Assembly: GCA_021613535.1 (NCBI GenBank)
Contig: CP075494.1
Span: forward strand, 6,386,001 to 6,450,000
Reading direction: 5' to 3'
From: Adineta vaga
Lineage: Eukaryota; Animalia; Rotifera
DNA length: 64,000 bases
Under the pieces are notes generated by a model. It did no database searches. It had not been told where the DNA came from and was given only the letters and a program-made list of their open reading frames with translations. Shown here piece by piece: positions 51,392-64,000 of this stretch (the first letter of the stretch is position 1; every line of letters begins with the position of its first letter). The position numbers were made by a program, and so were the translations under genes.

Positions 51392-53156
51392 TTATTCGTT
51401 TCGAAAACGCTTTATTGTCCGACCTACGGATGGTATTTCTGTAGCAGATCGCCATAACGACGAGTTACCATGAGGAGCTACTGGAAGTGCACCGGTGATC
51501 GCCATATGGGGTTCAGAAGCATCATCTCCATTCAAGTCTCCTAGAAAAATCATTCATTGTAAATCATTTCAAAAAAAGATAATCTCCTACATACCATCTA
51601 AGGAACGCAGATATTGAAAAGTGCTAGCCCAGATGACTTCTTGATTGTATTCAACAACGATATCAACATCAACACGTTGAAGCGATGCATTCAACATTGC
51701 GGGCATGAGAAACGTGAAATTATTTCCACTTTTTTGCATTTTTTGCATCTCATGAATCGATTCACGACCATTATAACGTATTTTCATAATGAGGTTTGCT
51801 TTGTAATCTTTAGGCAGAGGACCTTTCGTTTCAAAGCAAACTTTTTCGTTACCAGACATTGGTCCACGACGTGGAAAGACATCGATTATTGAGAAATCGC
51901 CATATTCTAAAAGAAGAAATTTCTTTTTCGAATCAAACCAGTATATGAATATAGTTTTCTTTACTTTCAATCATAATATCGGAAAAGACGGTACTCGTTC
52001 TTTCTGGATAAAATATACCATCTGGAGATTTCTGTAAGCATGTAAAGGAAAGTTTTGATTGATTAAGCTGGTATTTGGCAATTATCTCCTTGGTTATCTG
52101 ACCAACTTGTTTACCTTTAATAAACTCAATGAAAAATCTACAAAGACAAAAGTTTAGAATATCAACAGAGAAAATAAGAAAATTATTTACGTTTTTTCGC
52201 CCTTTTGACAATCTTGTTCAGTAACATAAAAATAAAGCGTATTTGCTTCATCCTCTTTATATATTAATGATGATGTGCGACGCTCTTTATTATCAATTGT
52301 ATATAAATGTGGTTGATCGTTGAGACAAACAAGAGATACTTGAATAATAGTTTTGCCAGCACTCCAGTTTGGTTGGATCTAAGATAACAGAAGAGACTTT
52401 GGTATAGATTTTTTGTTTGAATAAAGTAGAAACATACTCGGATAGTTGGATGTTCGTGGCGACTGCCTTTGGCACAGCGTAAAAAGTGGGATGAGTCTTG
52501 ACTTTCACGTTCCGTTCGTGGTCGAAATTCAGAACGTGGCTGCGATAAAATTTCAATTTGTTTAGATGCTAAAGCATTACATTGTATTTCTATAATGCAG
52601 GATAAATACTTTAATAAAACATACAAAAAAAACAAAAACAAATATACTTGGCAAGTTGCCGATTTGTTCTTGAACTGATTGTGGAGGTTCATCGTGAACT
52701 GAAAAAGAAATGATATTTCAATATTTTCAAGTGAAATTGTTAGTACAAACATACCAAATGTAAAATGCACCGGATTAACCGTTTTTGATTGTTGTGATGC
52801 TAGAAACACAAAAAATTCAAATCCTCGTATTTATCATGGAAATGATCGACTTACTGATACCGTTTGGGGTTGGAATATTATCAAAGAAAACATCACTAAA
52901 GTCATCCATATAGTTGCTTATTTGTGAAGTATTTGAAAAGGAACCACAACTATTACGTAAGCCTTCCGCTATCTAAGAGAAAAACAAAACAATACGACTG
53001 AAAAATCTGTTCATCTGTAAGTATGAAACATACTTCATTTATTTTTTGATTCTCATTTACTGCGAGTGACAGAAATTGAAAAGAAGGAGTCGAACAAATG
53101 ATTGATTCATTAATTGAATCGTCGATCGGCAATAGAAAATTTTCGAAATCAGTCAT
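51392..53156 (-). CDS. Divergent Rel-homology-domain (RHD+IPT) transcription factor A
   Basis: IEILSQPRSEFRPRTERE...HPTI, LNQSKLSFT, VFSDIMIE, IPT start YGDFSIIDVFPRRGPMSGNEKV, FTFLMP, FQY. C-terminal basic KRFR and acidic N-terminus. Confidence 0.72.
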
Positions 53157-54665
53157 CTGAAATAAAAATATTATATGTGTATATATATGTATTGATATAA
53201 AGAATTATTCAATGATAAAAATAGCTGACTCGAAAGTAAAAGTGTCGATTCGTATATACTTATACCTCTTTTTTCTTTCGCGATAAAAAAGAAAAAAAAC
53301 GACAGATTCTGGCGCATTCTCTACACTAAATTTCCAATTTAAAGTGAGATAAAACCCACTTAAGTGGTTTCTTTATGAAATTATGTTTCAAATGTGTTGT
53401 GCAATGGCACTTGCATAGTATTGATCGGACATTAATATGACTCATTAAGATTACTTAGAGAACTTTTTTCCCTATGTTAAAATTATACAGTACTTCACTA
53501 CGCAGACTAAATAGATCATCTACTTAATAAAACTTTATGATAAATGATTTCGGTTAACTATAGAGTCATTTTAATGGCTCTGCGAATAAAATGAAACAAT
53601 TAATGGGAAGTGCAAATATTGGCCTTGTGCCTAAAATCTCATAAGTTGCATATCGTAAGATCCAGACTATCAGTAGACTTGATAACTATAAACGTAATAT
53701 TTAAGGGTTTATAAGTTCAAGTTGTACTAAGAAACAATCTCATTTGACTAATTTTTCATACATTTATTACTTATACAAATGGCAAAGAATCAGTCTTCTA
53801 CACGTTTCGTTTTATAGTATAGTAGACAGAATAGGAAAAAACGAATGACGACATGCGGAGGCGTTACGCATTATTTTTCCCTTGTCATATGAGAACAATA
53901 TCTTCGGTAAATATTGTGGAGGCAAATCGACAATATACTATAATGTCAGCTAACTGAGTTGATATTATAAAAAATTGGAGATGAATATGAAAACACACGG
54001 ATAGTTTTAACTATAACAGTATAACAACTAGTTAATTTTATATTCATCGGAAAGATTTCATATTTGAGTTTTAAATAGTCCCTGTTGATCCTTCAATTTT
54101 CGAAAGGTAATATTTTGAGTAATTATTCACGCGGAGAATCAAATAATTATTCATGCAAATCGGTTTATTCCATTCAGCTTTGTTTACTCTTTTCTTATTA
54201 CTTAATGTTACTATCAAAATATGTCATAATAAATCATCTAATAATGCTTGACAATACGGTAAAAAAACCAACATAATTAATCGATATGCTTGAAAAGTTG
54301 ACGACCTTTCGATTCTAGTCATATCGGAAAAAAACTTAATTCGATTTTCATATGAATTTGAACAGAACATCGATATTTAACACAATTTTTTTATTGATTT
54401 TTTTACACTCTCACATCACTATGTACAACACAGAGATAACAGAAGCAAAAACAAAAATATGAACGATTGTAAAAGAATAACGATATTTTATGTAAATTTT
54501 TTTCTTAGAAAAAAAACTATACTAAAATCTAAATTCAACGGTTAATACACAACGTTCAAATATCCCAATAAATTCCAACCGAATATGTTATCCGAAGTAA
54601 AATATGATTTGCAATAATACGAAAATAAAACCAACAAGTTTCACCACTTTATTTTACATGTTCAT

Positions 54666-57063
54666 TTATGCATGAGCTAAACGTTTGGGACGTTTAGTTG
54701 TCGATGATTTTTTCAATGAAGCAACAACTGGACATACACCGGTAGCTGAAATCATATCCAAAACATCATATGAATTGGATGTTGAAGTGCTATTAGTTGC
54801 TGTATTTGAATCACTTAAATTAAGTGCCGCTAATACTTCTAGAAAAAAAGTGAATACGTTAATTTAATAAATATGAATAGAAGAAATCAAAAGTACTTAC
54901 GATCTAATGATCCTTGGTACGCATAATTCGATGTATGAATTTCTTCTCCTTTGTAATAGATAGAAATCATTACCACAGCACGATCGAATTGTGAAAAGGG
55001 AAATGGTGGCATGGAGAAGTATACAAGATTTCCACTTTTTGTAAATGAAATCTGTTGTAGCCAACCACTCATGCTTTCTTTCACGAATACTGTTATATCA
55101 TCCTTAGAAACATGGCCTTTGAGAAGGGCATAGACTCGTTCATTTCCGCCCATGGGCCCGTATTGTGGTCCCATATGGCCAACAGTCACACCACCATAAT
55201 CTAAAAATTTCAAATAGAAAAGTTTGTCGTGGAAAAAAGGATTTCTTACCTTCAGTCATTATACAAGAATATGTCACACTACTCTCATCACGATAATAAT
55301 TGTTCTTTCCACTTTCATATATTCGTGTAAAACGAAGCATTGATTGATCCAATTCACGTGTTTTAATTAATTCTTTTGTCACAATTTCATTTTGTCGACT
55401 TTTAATGTATTCAATCATAAAACTAAAAACAAAGAAATAAGTTACTACCATAATAAAATCATTCTTGAAGGATAAATGTACCTTTTATGACCTTTCGCTA
55501 TATCTTCTGGCGTGACACGAAAGTATAATGTATGAAGATCATTCTGTCGAAAAATTAATGAATTTTCATCAAAATTTGTTTGACTTTTTTTGTTGTCAAT
55601 GGCATAGCAATGAGGTTGTTTATCCTTGGCAACAAGGGTAACTTCAATGATGTTGGTAACTGATTCAGCAGCCCATCGTTGAAATATCTACAGAGAGAAA
55701 ATTTCAATTTTACAGATTATGCACATTTGAAAAGCAATATACATCAATTGTTGGATAATCAAATTCACTGAATGGTTCACATCGAATAAAATGTGATGCC
55801 AATTTACTTTCGTTTTCTGTTCGCGGACGAAATGATTTTCGTGGTTGACATTTAATTTTAATTTGCTTGAAATCGAATGAATCGAATTGTAGTACTATAA
55901 AACAAAGATATTCAATTTATATTCAACTACAATGAAATATAACATACATTCTAGTTGATTATCAAATTCAGTATTGATTTGAATTGTTGTACATGGTTGA
56001 CAGCCACCATAAGCTAAGAGGACAAAGCAAGGGAAATAAATAAAGATTAGTATTAGATTCTATAGGTCACAACTTACTCGGAGCAACGTCAATTGGAGCA
56101 ACAGATGATGAAGCATGACGATAACCTAGAAAGAAATCAATGATGAATATGTGAAACTAGAAGAGTATGAATTAAAATTACCATTAGTTCTCCTCGTTTT
56201 CGATGCATTTTTCAATAAACGTTGATTTCGGACGGTTTGTTTAGAAAGAATAGAATCTATGAGGCGAAACGTTTTAATAACGAAAAGAATTAAAATATGT
56301 CTTACTATCGATTTCTTTCGGTTCCACAGGTGCACTACCAACTTGAACAGGTAGTGACGAAGACAATAAAGCATCTACTATATTAAACTATATATTAACA
56401 ATTGAAGAAAAAAACACAAGTCAATTTTACCTTCTTGTAATTGATTAATATTCATTTGTTCCATACTATCTTCAATAGTACTTTGTCTTGGTGTTTCGGC
56501 AATAGGTGAAGAAATTAATGCAGCAATATCTTCGGATTCGAATGAATGTTCCGGACTAGTGTTGAATACTATCGAATGCAAAACAATTCGATTCAACTTA
56601 TGAAATGAATTTTGTCAGAATTAAACATCAGTTTAATTAGAATTCGTTGGATATCTTCCAAAGATCCTCTTAATTCAATCTACAATTATTCGCTTTTCTT
56701 TCCCTAGAGTCACGATACTCTAATAACTAACTATAGTAAACATCCAATGACGTCATTTAGGTAGCTGTATTTTTATCTAAACAAAAAACTTACAGGCGTT
56801 TGGTGAATCGATAAGAGCATTTTGGATGTCATCAGCAGATATTGCATGCAAATCCTGGAAACCATTTGTGGGGAAGAACATATCATTCAAAATCTATAGA
56901 CGGATAAAAGAAAACAATTTATCAAATTTATATCAAAAACTTGTTGTTTTTTATCACTCACTTGACTATCCAAAGAAAGATCTGATACATCGTGCACTAC
57001 TGATGGTTGCGATTGACCAGTTAAATTAATAGATTCAAACAAACTATCAAAATCTTCTTCCAT
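54666..57063 (-). CDS. Divergent Rel-homology-domain (RHD+IPT) transcription factor B, paralog of A
   Basis: IKIKCQPRKSFRPRTENE...YPTI, IIEVTLVAKDKQPH, ELDQSMLRFT, IPT GPMGGNERVYALLKGHVSKDDITVF (compare Rel [21 protein letters not shown]), YFSMPP. C-terminal KRPKR NLS. Confidence 0.78.
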
Positions 57064-57755
57064 CCTTAATATAACGAAAAATTGATCAAAAAAATCAATC
57101 TAAAACAATCAAATCAGCCCCCTGTTTATCATCTGATTATAGAGATGAGGAAAACAAATGTGTATCTTAATATATTACGACGCATATAATGCAAGAAAAA
57201 AAAGAAACTTTATTAGAAATACACGGCCCTACGAGCGTTGAAAAAAGAATGATGAAATACATTTTTTTTATTTCTTATTTACTCAAATCAACCCTTTTTT
57301 GCCTTACCAACCGTCTTTTTTGTCTAGCAATCAAACTAGACGTTGTAAACGAAGAAAAAAAACAACATTTTCGCTCTTTCCTATCCTCCACACATTCTCG
57401 TATATGCGTCGATGTCGCTAAAAGGGTCGAGCGCCACTGCGATGGAAAAAAGAACATATAGGGCAATGTAAGATAAATATTTCTTTTTTTCTATAACATG
57501 CGTCATGTTCTTCTTCTATTTCTAATGCGTCATTAAAAAAGCTCTTTCAGCATTATAACCAATCATTTATAGACAGAAACAAATTAAATTGACGAAATAA
57601 CAAGGTGAATAGAAGTAATTTTACTTTTTATTAGTAAAAAAAAGACACCACGATTGGTTGTAATTATATTTCATACGAAAATATCTTGTTAATATAACAA
57701 GTTAAAATCTATCACGGATTGTTAATTCATTACAAAAAAAAACGCAAAATGCGAA

Positions 57756-59695
57756 TTAATGTTTTCGATGATTAAACGAAGAAAAAAGTGATTCTATCGC
57801 ACCATTGAATGATAAATTGTAGAAAAGACGAAGTGGAACAGTTGATGGGAGTAATGATTCGACAACACGATAATAATCAGTAGGAGACTAAAGAGAAAAG
57901 ACAGCAGAAACAATTTAGATAATGAATAGTTATTTTCATTTATTACATCAAATTTTATTTTATATAACTGCCATAGTGTAGTCCCATTAAAGTTCATTAA
58001 AGCATTTTCAAATCTGAAAAAAAAACAAACCGTAGAATTCAATGATTAAGATAATCAATCAGATTTACATTTCAAGTTTTTCTCGATCTAACCATTCGAC
58101 AACATCATTTGCATTCCATTCATTTACATCTTGAAAATGATGCCAAGAATTGTTCACTGTTGTTATTGCTCGAGTTGAATTAAATGATGTATCAACTAAA
58201 TTGAATCTATATGAAAATCAATAGAGAATATGAACAAATACTATCTACCACTAATGTGTCGATGATTTCCATCAGCGCCGAGTGAAATTCGAATTGTTTC
58301 AATTTCACGAATAAGTAATTGAAATGCTTCATCAAATGAAAGTTGACTGAAATCTATATGAAGTTTTGATCCATTGATTATTCCAAGCCAACCACTTGCT
58401 TTATAATCGCGTTCCATTAACATTGGAATCGATGCTTTATTACGTTCAAGTGAATATTCCGCTTCTATTAAGAGAAAAGTTTATTTTACATGAGAAAAGA
58501 AATATTATTATCAAACCTAATCGACAATATCGACTTTTATAATATTGATCATTAATGGCCATGAGAACGACAAATGCATTTTCAACTGCTGAAGCCATTG
58601 ATGTTAAAATATCTCCAGATATATTATCTTGATCAATCCAAACTATATAATTTCGATCCTAAAAATATATTCAAATGACAATCAATGATTTTCTTCATTG
58701 TCTAGTTTTACTTTTAATCCTCGAGCAATTTTTGAACATAGAACTTTAGTTGAATGATTATAACTAATCATTATATGTCCAAGATCATTTTTATCTTTTT
58801 TCAATTCAGTATATTCTGTCGTTAATGTTGTTGTAGTTGTGGTTAATGTTTCTTTGATAGTTGCAATATCTAATCAATCAAACTTATGTCTAAGTTCATC
58901 CATAAATGAAAAACAAAGTATTCTTCTACCATCTTTTTCAACTGTACATGGTACACATAAACTTTGTTTATAAACAACAGAGGATGATTCTGTCGGTTTT
59001 GTATCACAGATATCGTCGATTTCAGCAACAACACTGGAGAAATTGGATTGACATGGATCAGTTTCTTCAACAGGGGAACGGATATCATCATCACGATCTT
59101 GTGATGGTTGAGGTTGAAATGAAACTAAATAAAAACAAATAACATAAACCATTGTTTAAAACACATGATTAACAAACTATCGATTGTTTTCTCATCGGAA
59201 TCTACTAGGGATCCATTTGGAAGGATACCTAATAGAATTATTTTATATTAATAATGAATATAATACAAAAACATCTCATACTATCATCAGTGGCTTCAGT
59301 TGGAGGTTGATCATGTGTATCTGAATCATCTTCACTTTCACCTAAAATAAAATCATTGAAAGATTTCATATATAGATCTTCATAAATTAATATACATACA
59401 AACATTATTACTAGATGGATAATTATCATTACTCGTGTTATCTTCAAGATCAATTACATTGGATTGAGGTTCTATAGATAACGATTGCAATTGTTGCTAA
59501 AACAATATAACATGTTCATTGAACAAAGTGTTTTTCTCTCACAAAGAACCCTACCTCTAAATTTGAAGATGTATGTGATGTACTTCCATCACTAATCATT
59601 GATGCCAAGAAATCTATGTATCATAAAAGTTTAACAACATTCTTACATAGAAAAAATAATATCATACGTGATTGATCTGAATCTACATTTTCCAT
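57756..59695 (-). CDS. TIR-domain plus SAM-like domain protein with an acidic N-terminus
   Basis: TIR: HIMISYNH...LKDRNYIVWIDQDNISGDILTSMASAVENAFVVLMAINDQYYKSRYCRLEAEY...YKASGWLG. SAM-like: VNEWNANDVVEWL...FNGTTLWQL. Confidence 0.85.
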
Positions 59696-60708
59696 GATAA
59701 TTAAATCGACTTACATCGAACGAATGTCGATCTAATTTCAATCTAAAATTTCATCATATATATAAAAGATTTTTATTATTTATTTTTGTCATATCTATAA
59801 TTCGATACATCCGACGAAAAACTACCATAGTAACACGTGTATGAAGACTCATTCGTTGACTTTATCGATGAATCTATACTGCAGACAGAAAGAGAAAAAA
59901 CAAATGCACACAGTTTATTTTTTTCAAAATACGTCTCAGATGCAATCAGCAAGAGAAACATATTCAAATGTTACGTTGATTATTGACTAGTTACCCATTT
60001 TTCAAAACGAAAATATATCATGCCGTAAAAAGGTAGTGGGAAAAACAATCCATCCCCTTCTTTTGTACGTAATTTTATTTTATTTGAATACCTGACCCAA
60101 TTTTTTTTACGATAATTAGTAGAAATACTTAAAGTTCGCAAACCTTCTTTAAACTATTTCCACTGAAGGCTATATATATGTGTATATTCTTTTAAGTAAA
60201 CTTTCGATTCGGCGAATTTTATATGACGTCTGTTTCAAAAATAAAACACTCTATGTAAAAGAACGACGCAGTAAAAATAACGCTACTTAATATATATTTA
60301 TTATCATGGACACAATGATAAAACGAAATGAATTATCAAAAAAGAACATGCTGATAGCAAAAACCTTTTAGATTTGATTAAAGTGTACCCTAACGAGTGA
60401 TTAAATATACAGCAATACCCTCAATAGAGTTGGTGAGATATCTGACATGCAGTGATATGATTACTTTGTAAAGTTTTTCATATAATCGATTTATTTTGTT
60501 AAACATAAAGATAAAAAGAGTAGGCGGAAATTCAGAATGACATCAAATAAAAAGTACCTAGTTAAATAAAGATACAGAGGTCAATGATAACTTTGATTCA
60601 TTCGATGAACTGTCTATAAGTCATGTTTTATCAAAATTTAAAATAAGAAGAGATTCACAAATACCAAATAAATATATCAGTGTGTATACATATTATTATG
60701 AAAAGAAA

Positions 60709-62280
60709 TTAAATAAGAATTTTCGGTTCTGTAACACTTTCGGTAATTGCTTTGTGGGGCAATATAATACCACCATTGATAAATAATTCATCTTGCACGG
60801 AAACATCAAGTCCAAGTACAGTTGTGTTTTCCATACGAACCTAAAAGTACACAGTTAAAAATGATCAGAACATGAAAACAAGTTTACCCATTTTCCAATA
60901 GTACATCTCCAGCCGATGATACAGTTAGCAATCCATGTATGACTTTTAACTAGTGAATCGGCAAGTATAGTGCAATTTTTTAAACATACACCATCTTGAA
61001 TAACAACGCGTGGACCAACAACTACATTGGGTCCAATACGACATCGTTCGCCGATCTTTGCAGTTGGATCCTATAAGATGGATATTTAGATGATGAAACT
61101 ACGGAAGTAGACAGTAACTATACCAATAAAACATTGCCTACAATTCCATTGTCACGCGATAGTCGTTCAGGACAGGAATGGCGAGCATGATCCAAATATA
61201 AACCAATACCAATTAAATAATCTTTTGGTTGACCAACATCCATCCAAAAACCTTTAAAAGAAAGTTCTTTTTATAATCCTTAATGAATCTCTATCGAATA
61301 AAAACAGAAGATTGCCATTACTTTTTTTTGTAATGTAGAGTACACTTTTCAATGTTTTGTTTTTCTCAAATAAACCTACGTTCAATTAAGTATTTCATTC
61401 TCTTACCTTTCAATTCAAATGCAAATAGCTGTTTGTCTGTTGCCATTACTGGAAAAATTTCTTTTTCAATCGATGTTGGTCGTAACTAAAATTCTCGACT
61501 AAGCAACGGCACATCTTTCAACTAAATGATTGTCTTACTTCTATTCGATTGAGTATTGCCGGATTGAATATATATAAACCAGCATTGATTTTATTTGAAA
61601 CATATTCACGTGGTTTTTCCACAAAGCGTTCAATTTTACCAGTATTCTGTTCATAGACAACAACACCATATTTGGACGGTTCTTCAACTTTTGTTACCTA
61701 AATTATTCCAAGAAGATCATTGTCTTTTATTTTTAATTAAATAACTTCGATATATACGCACACAGATAGTACCTTCACATTGATGACCTTTATGAAATTT
61801 AAGCATATCGTCAAATGGAAATTCACATATAACATCAGAATTAAGAACGAAAAATGGATCATTATCATCTTGAAGATGATCACGTGCTAATGCCAATGGG
61901 CCAGCTAAATAAAAACGATAGAATATAAATATCAATGAATACCTTTAATGAATCGAACCTGTTCCCAATGGTTCTGTTTCTTGTGAAAGTATTATTTTTA
62001 TATTTAAACGTTTCGCTTCAACTTCCATTTCTCTCTGAAGCATATCTGATAAATAACTCACCGCTAAAATTACATAAGTCACTCCGACCTAAATAGATAC
62101 AAAAGAAAATAGAATGATATAAAGGATCAGATGGTACTCTCAAATAGGTACTTGAGCTAAAGCTTCGATTTGATGTAATACCATTGGCTTATTACAAAAT
62201 TCAACTAATGGTTTCGGTTTTGTGAGTGTTAATGGACGTAAACGAGTACCATAGCCACCGACAAGAATAAGTGCTTTCAT
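60709..62280 (-). CDS. GMPPB: Mannose-1-phosphate guanylyltransferase beta
   Basis: [84 protein letters not shown]-terminal hexapeptide repeats. Confidence 0.96.
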
Positions 62281-63432
62281 GTTCTTAATTCAGAAATATA
62301 TTTAATGTAATAGAAAATTTATCTGAAAGAGAATCATGTATATGTTTTTCATTTTTATTTTAAACAGACAAGAGTAATTTGTGGAAGATTCAACATTTGA
62401 ATACGCACTGATCAAAAGACTATTGCAAAGAAAAACAATGAAAAGTGAGAAATGGCACAGCATAAAATATTAACAAATTATTCAATCTGCGTATCAATGA
62501 AACAGATGGAGGAATAAAAAAATCGACGAAATATTCAAATTCTCGTAATACAAACTTTTCAAATAGAGAGAGAGAAATCAAATCTTGATCATGAAAAGTT
62601 TTCTACTTGAATAGTGTCTATATGATACATAACCAAACTATTTTTTTAATTAAACTACGGCTACGGTAAAAGAACAAGAGTCATGTATTTCCTTTCTTTC
62701 GATATTCATGACAAGTGTATGTCATGCACTACACAAATATTCACATTTATTTCAAAGAATGGATAGGAAAGTGTTAAACATGGAATTAATTTTGATTGGT
62801 TTAGAAGGCAGATCTTAACCACATTCACTTCAATTTTGAATCTAGTACAGCTCATTGTATTAAGCATTTCAAGAATAATCAAAAGGATTTTGCTGACTTG
62901 ATTCATATTGTGCATAGAGATATAATGATAATCATTCTCTGACTAGTTTACAGATACAAACAGCACAGAAAAACCTTCATCATCAATCAATAATATGATC
63001 TATTATCACCTTCTCGATTTATACTACACTGAATGAGAGATTGACGAGACAGAGATCTTTCAATCGTGTTTCATCCAGTAAATTTCTGATACTGAAAATT
63101 TTGAACTCTGTATATGCATAGGAAGGATAGATATTGTTATAAAATGAATTCTCAGGTAATATTTATGTCTGGTTTAAAAATATAAATTGTTTCTCTTGTG
63201 AATATATGAGATTTATTCACCTAGTAAAACAAACAAAAAAAAACAATTGGTATTCATCACCGTTTCATTTGAGACATACAAAAGACTATGAGAATATACA
63301 GACGAAGAAGAGACACTTCTGAAAAACAATCCACTAACGTTGTTGACAGAAGGAAAATGAGACGATTTGGTTTTTCTTTATTGTTCACATAGACACAGAC
63401 ACACATACACACACAAATAGAAAAGAATGAAA

Positions 63433-64000
63433 CTATCGCCGTTGCATATTCTGATTACGTAGAAAAGGTACATGTGATCGTGTACATTTGTTCGCATAAT
63501 GTCTAAAATAGAGAACCGTGATTTCATATGTGATAAAAGTTCAGTTTCGTTTTTTCTGATCTTACCCCCGTTCTCCACACTTGAAACAAGTGACATCATG
63601 TTGAAACGGTTGTGACATTCCCATCCCAGGTGGATGCTGTTCATCGTTCATATGATGATTTCCCGGCTGTTGTGACATTGGTACATCATGTGTGTGATTA
63701 TTTGAATTTTGATTTTGACCGTAAGATGGTCGATTATTATGTTGCTGTGACTGAGAATTATTTGATGGCATATTAAGATATTTTTGTCGTTCTTCATATG
63801 GTAATTTAAAGCATGAAGATGCTTTATGTCCTGTTTCATGACAAAAATCACAAACATAAACCACTTTACGTTGTACTGGAGTATATTCGTTGGAATTCGG
63901 TAGTTCAAAACTTGGATGTGATAATGTACATCTTGGTCCTTCAGGACAAAATCCGCAAAGATAGTTTTGACAGAGAACTTTTCGTGTATGACGATTTTTA
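63433..64000 (-). CDS. CPSF4: Cleavage and polyadenylation specificity factor 30 kDa subunit, 3' part
   Basis: Last CCCH finger RHTRKVLCQNYLCGFCPEGPRCTLSHPSFELP and two CCHC knuckles (CDFCHETGHKASSC; VTCFKCGERG/HYANKC...HVPFL). Confidence 0.92.

Noticed and set aside
53356-53367. 12-bp palindrome CCACTTAAGTGG upstream of Rel-like A
   Set aside because: A single palindrome of this length is expected by chance in 64 kb, and there is no equivalent at the paralog.
1-64000. Transposon ORFs, telomeric repeat arrays, CRISPR arrays, rRNA, intronless bacterial-type genes
   Set aside because: No transposase or RT motifs, regular repeat-spacer arrays, telomeric tracts or rRNA signatures were seen, and all recognisable genes contain introns.

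Overview
AT-rich (roughly 30% GC by eye), gene-dense eukaryotic DNA with many short (about 50-60 nt) GT-AG introns. This style fits a bdelloid rotifer (inference only). Manual splicing gives about 19 protein-coding genes: a partial FPRIamide neuropeptide precursor, FTZ-F1/NR5A, KChIP-like, innexin, CCP6/AGBL4 head-to-head with puromycin-sensitive aminopeptidase, WDR44, INPP5A (with a nested antisense ORF), DNA ligase IV, two paralogous secreted peptide precursors, a TspanC8 tetraspanin, a potato-inhibitor-I protein, two tandem divergent Rel-homology-domain factors, a TIR-SAM protein, GMPPB and partial CPSF4. The best novelty candidates are: (1) a pair of prepropeptide genes with the same exon architecture that are conserved mainly in a C-terminal RRK-[FL]VG[LI]SD[DN]P[IF]-stop peptide I cannot assign to a known family; and (2) a roughly 9-kb immunity-like block (I13 inhibitor, two Rel-like factors with a rewritten FRPRTxxE DNA-contact loop, TIR-SAM). 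I found no RNA genes, transposon ORFs or CRISPR arrays that I can support. Gene models were spliced by eye and no database searches were run.
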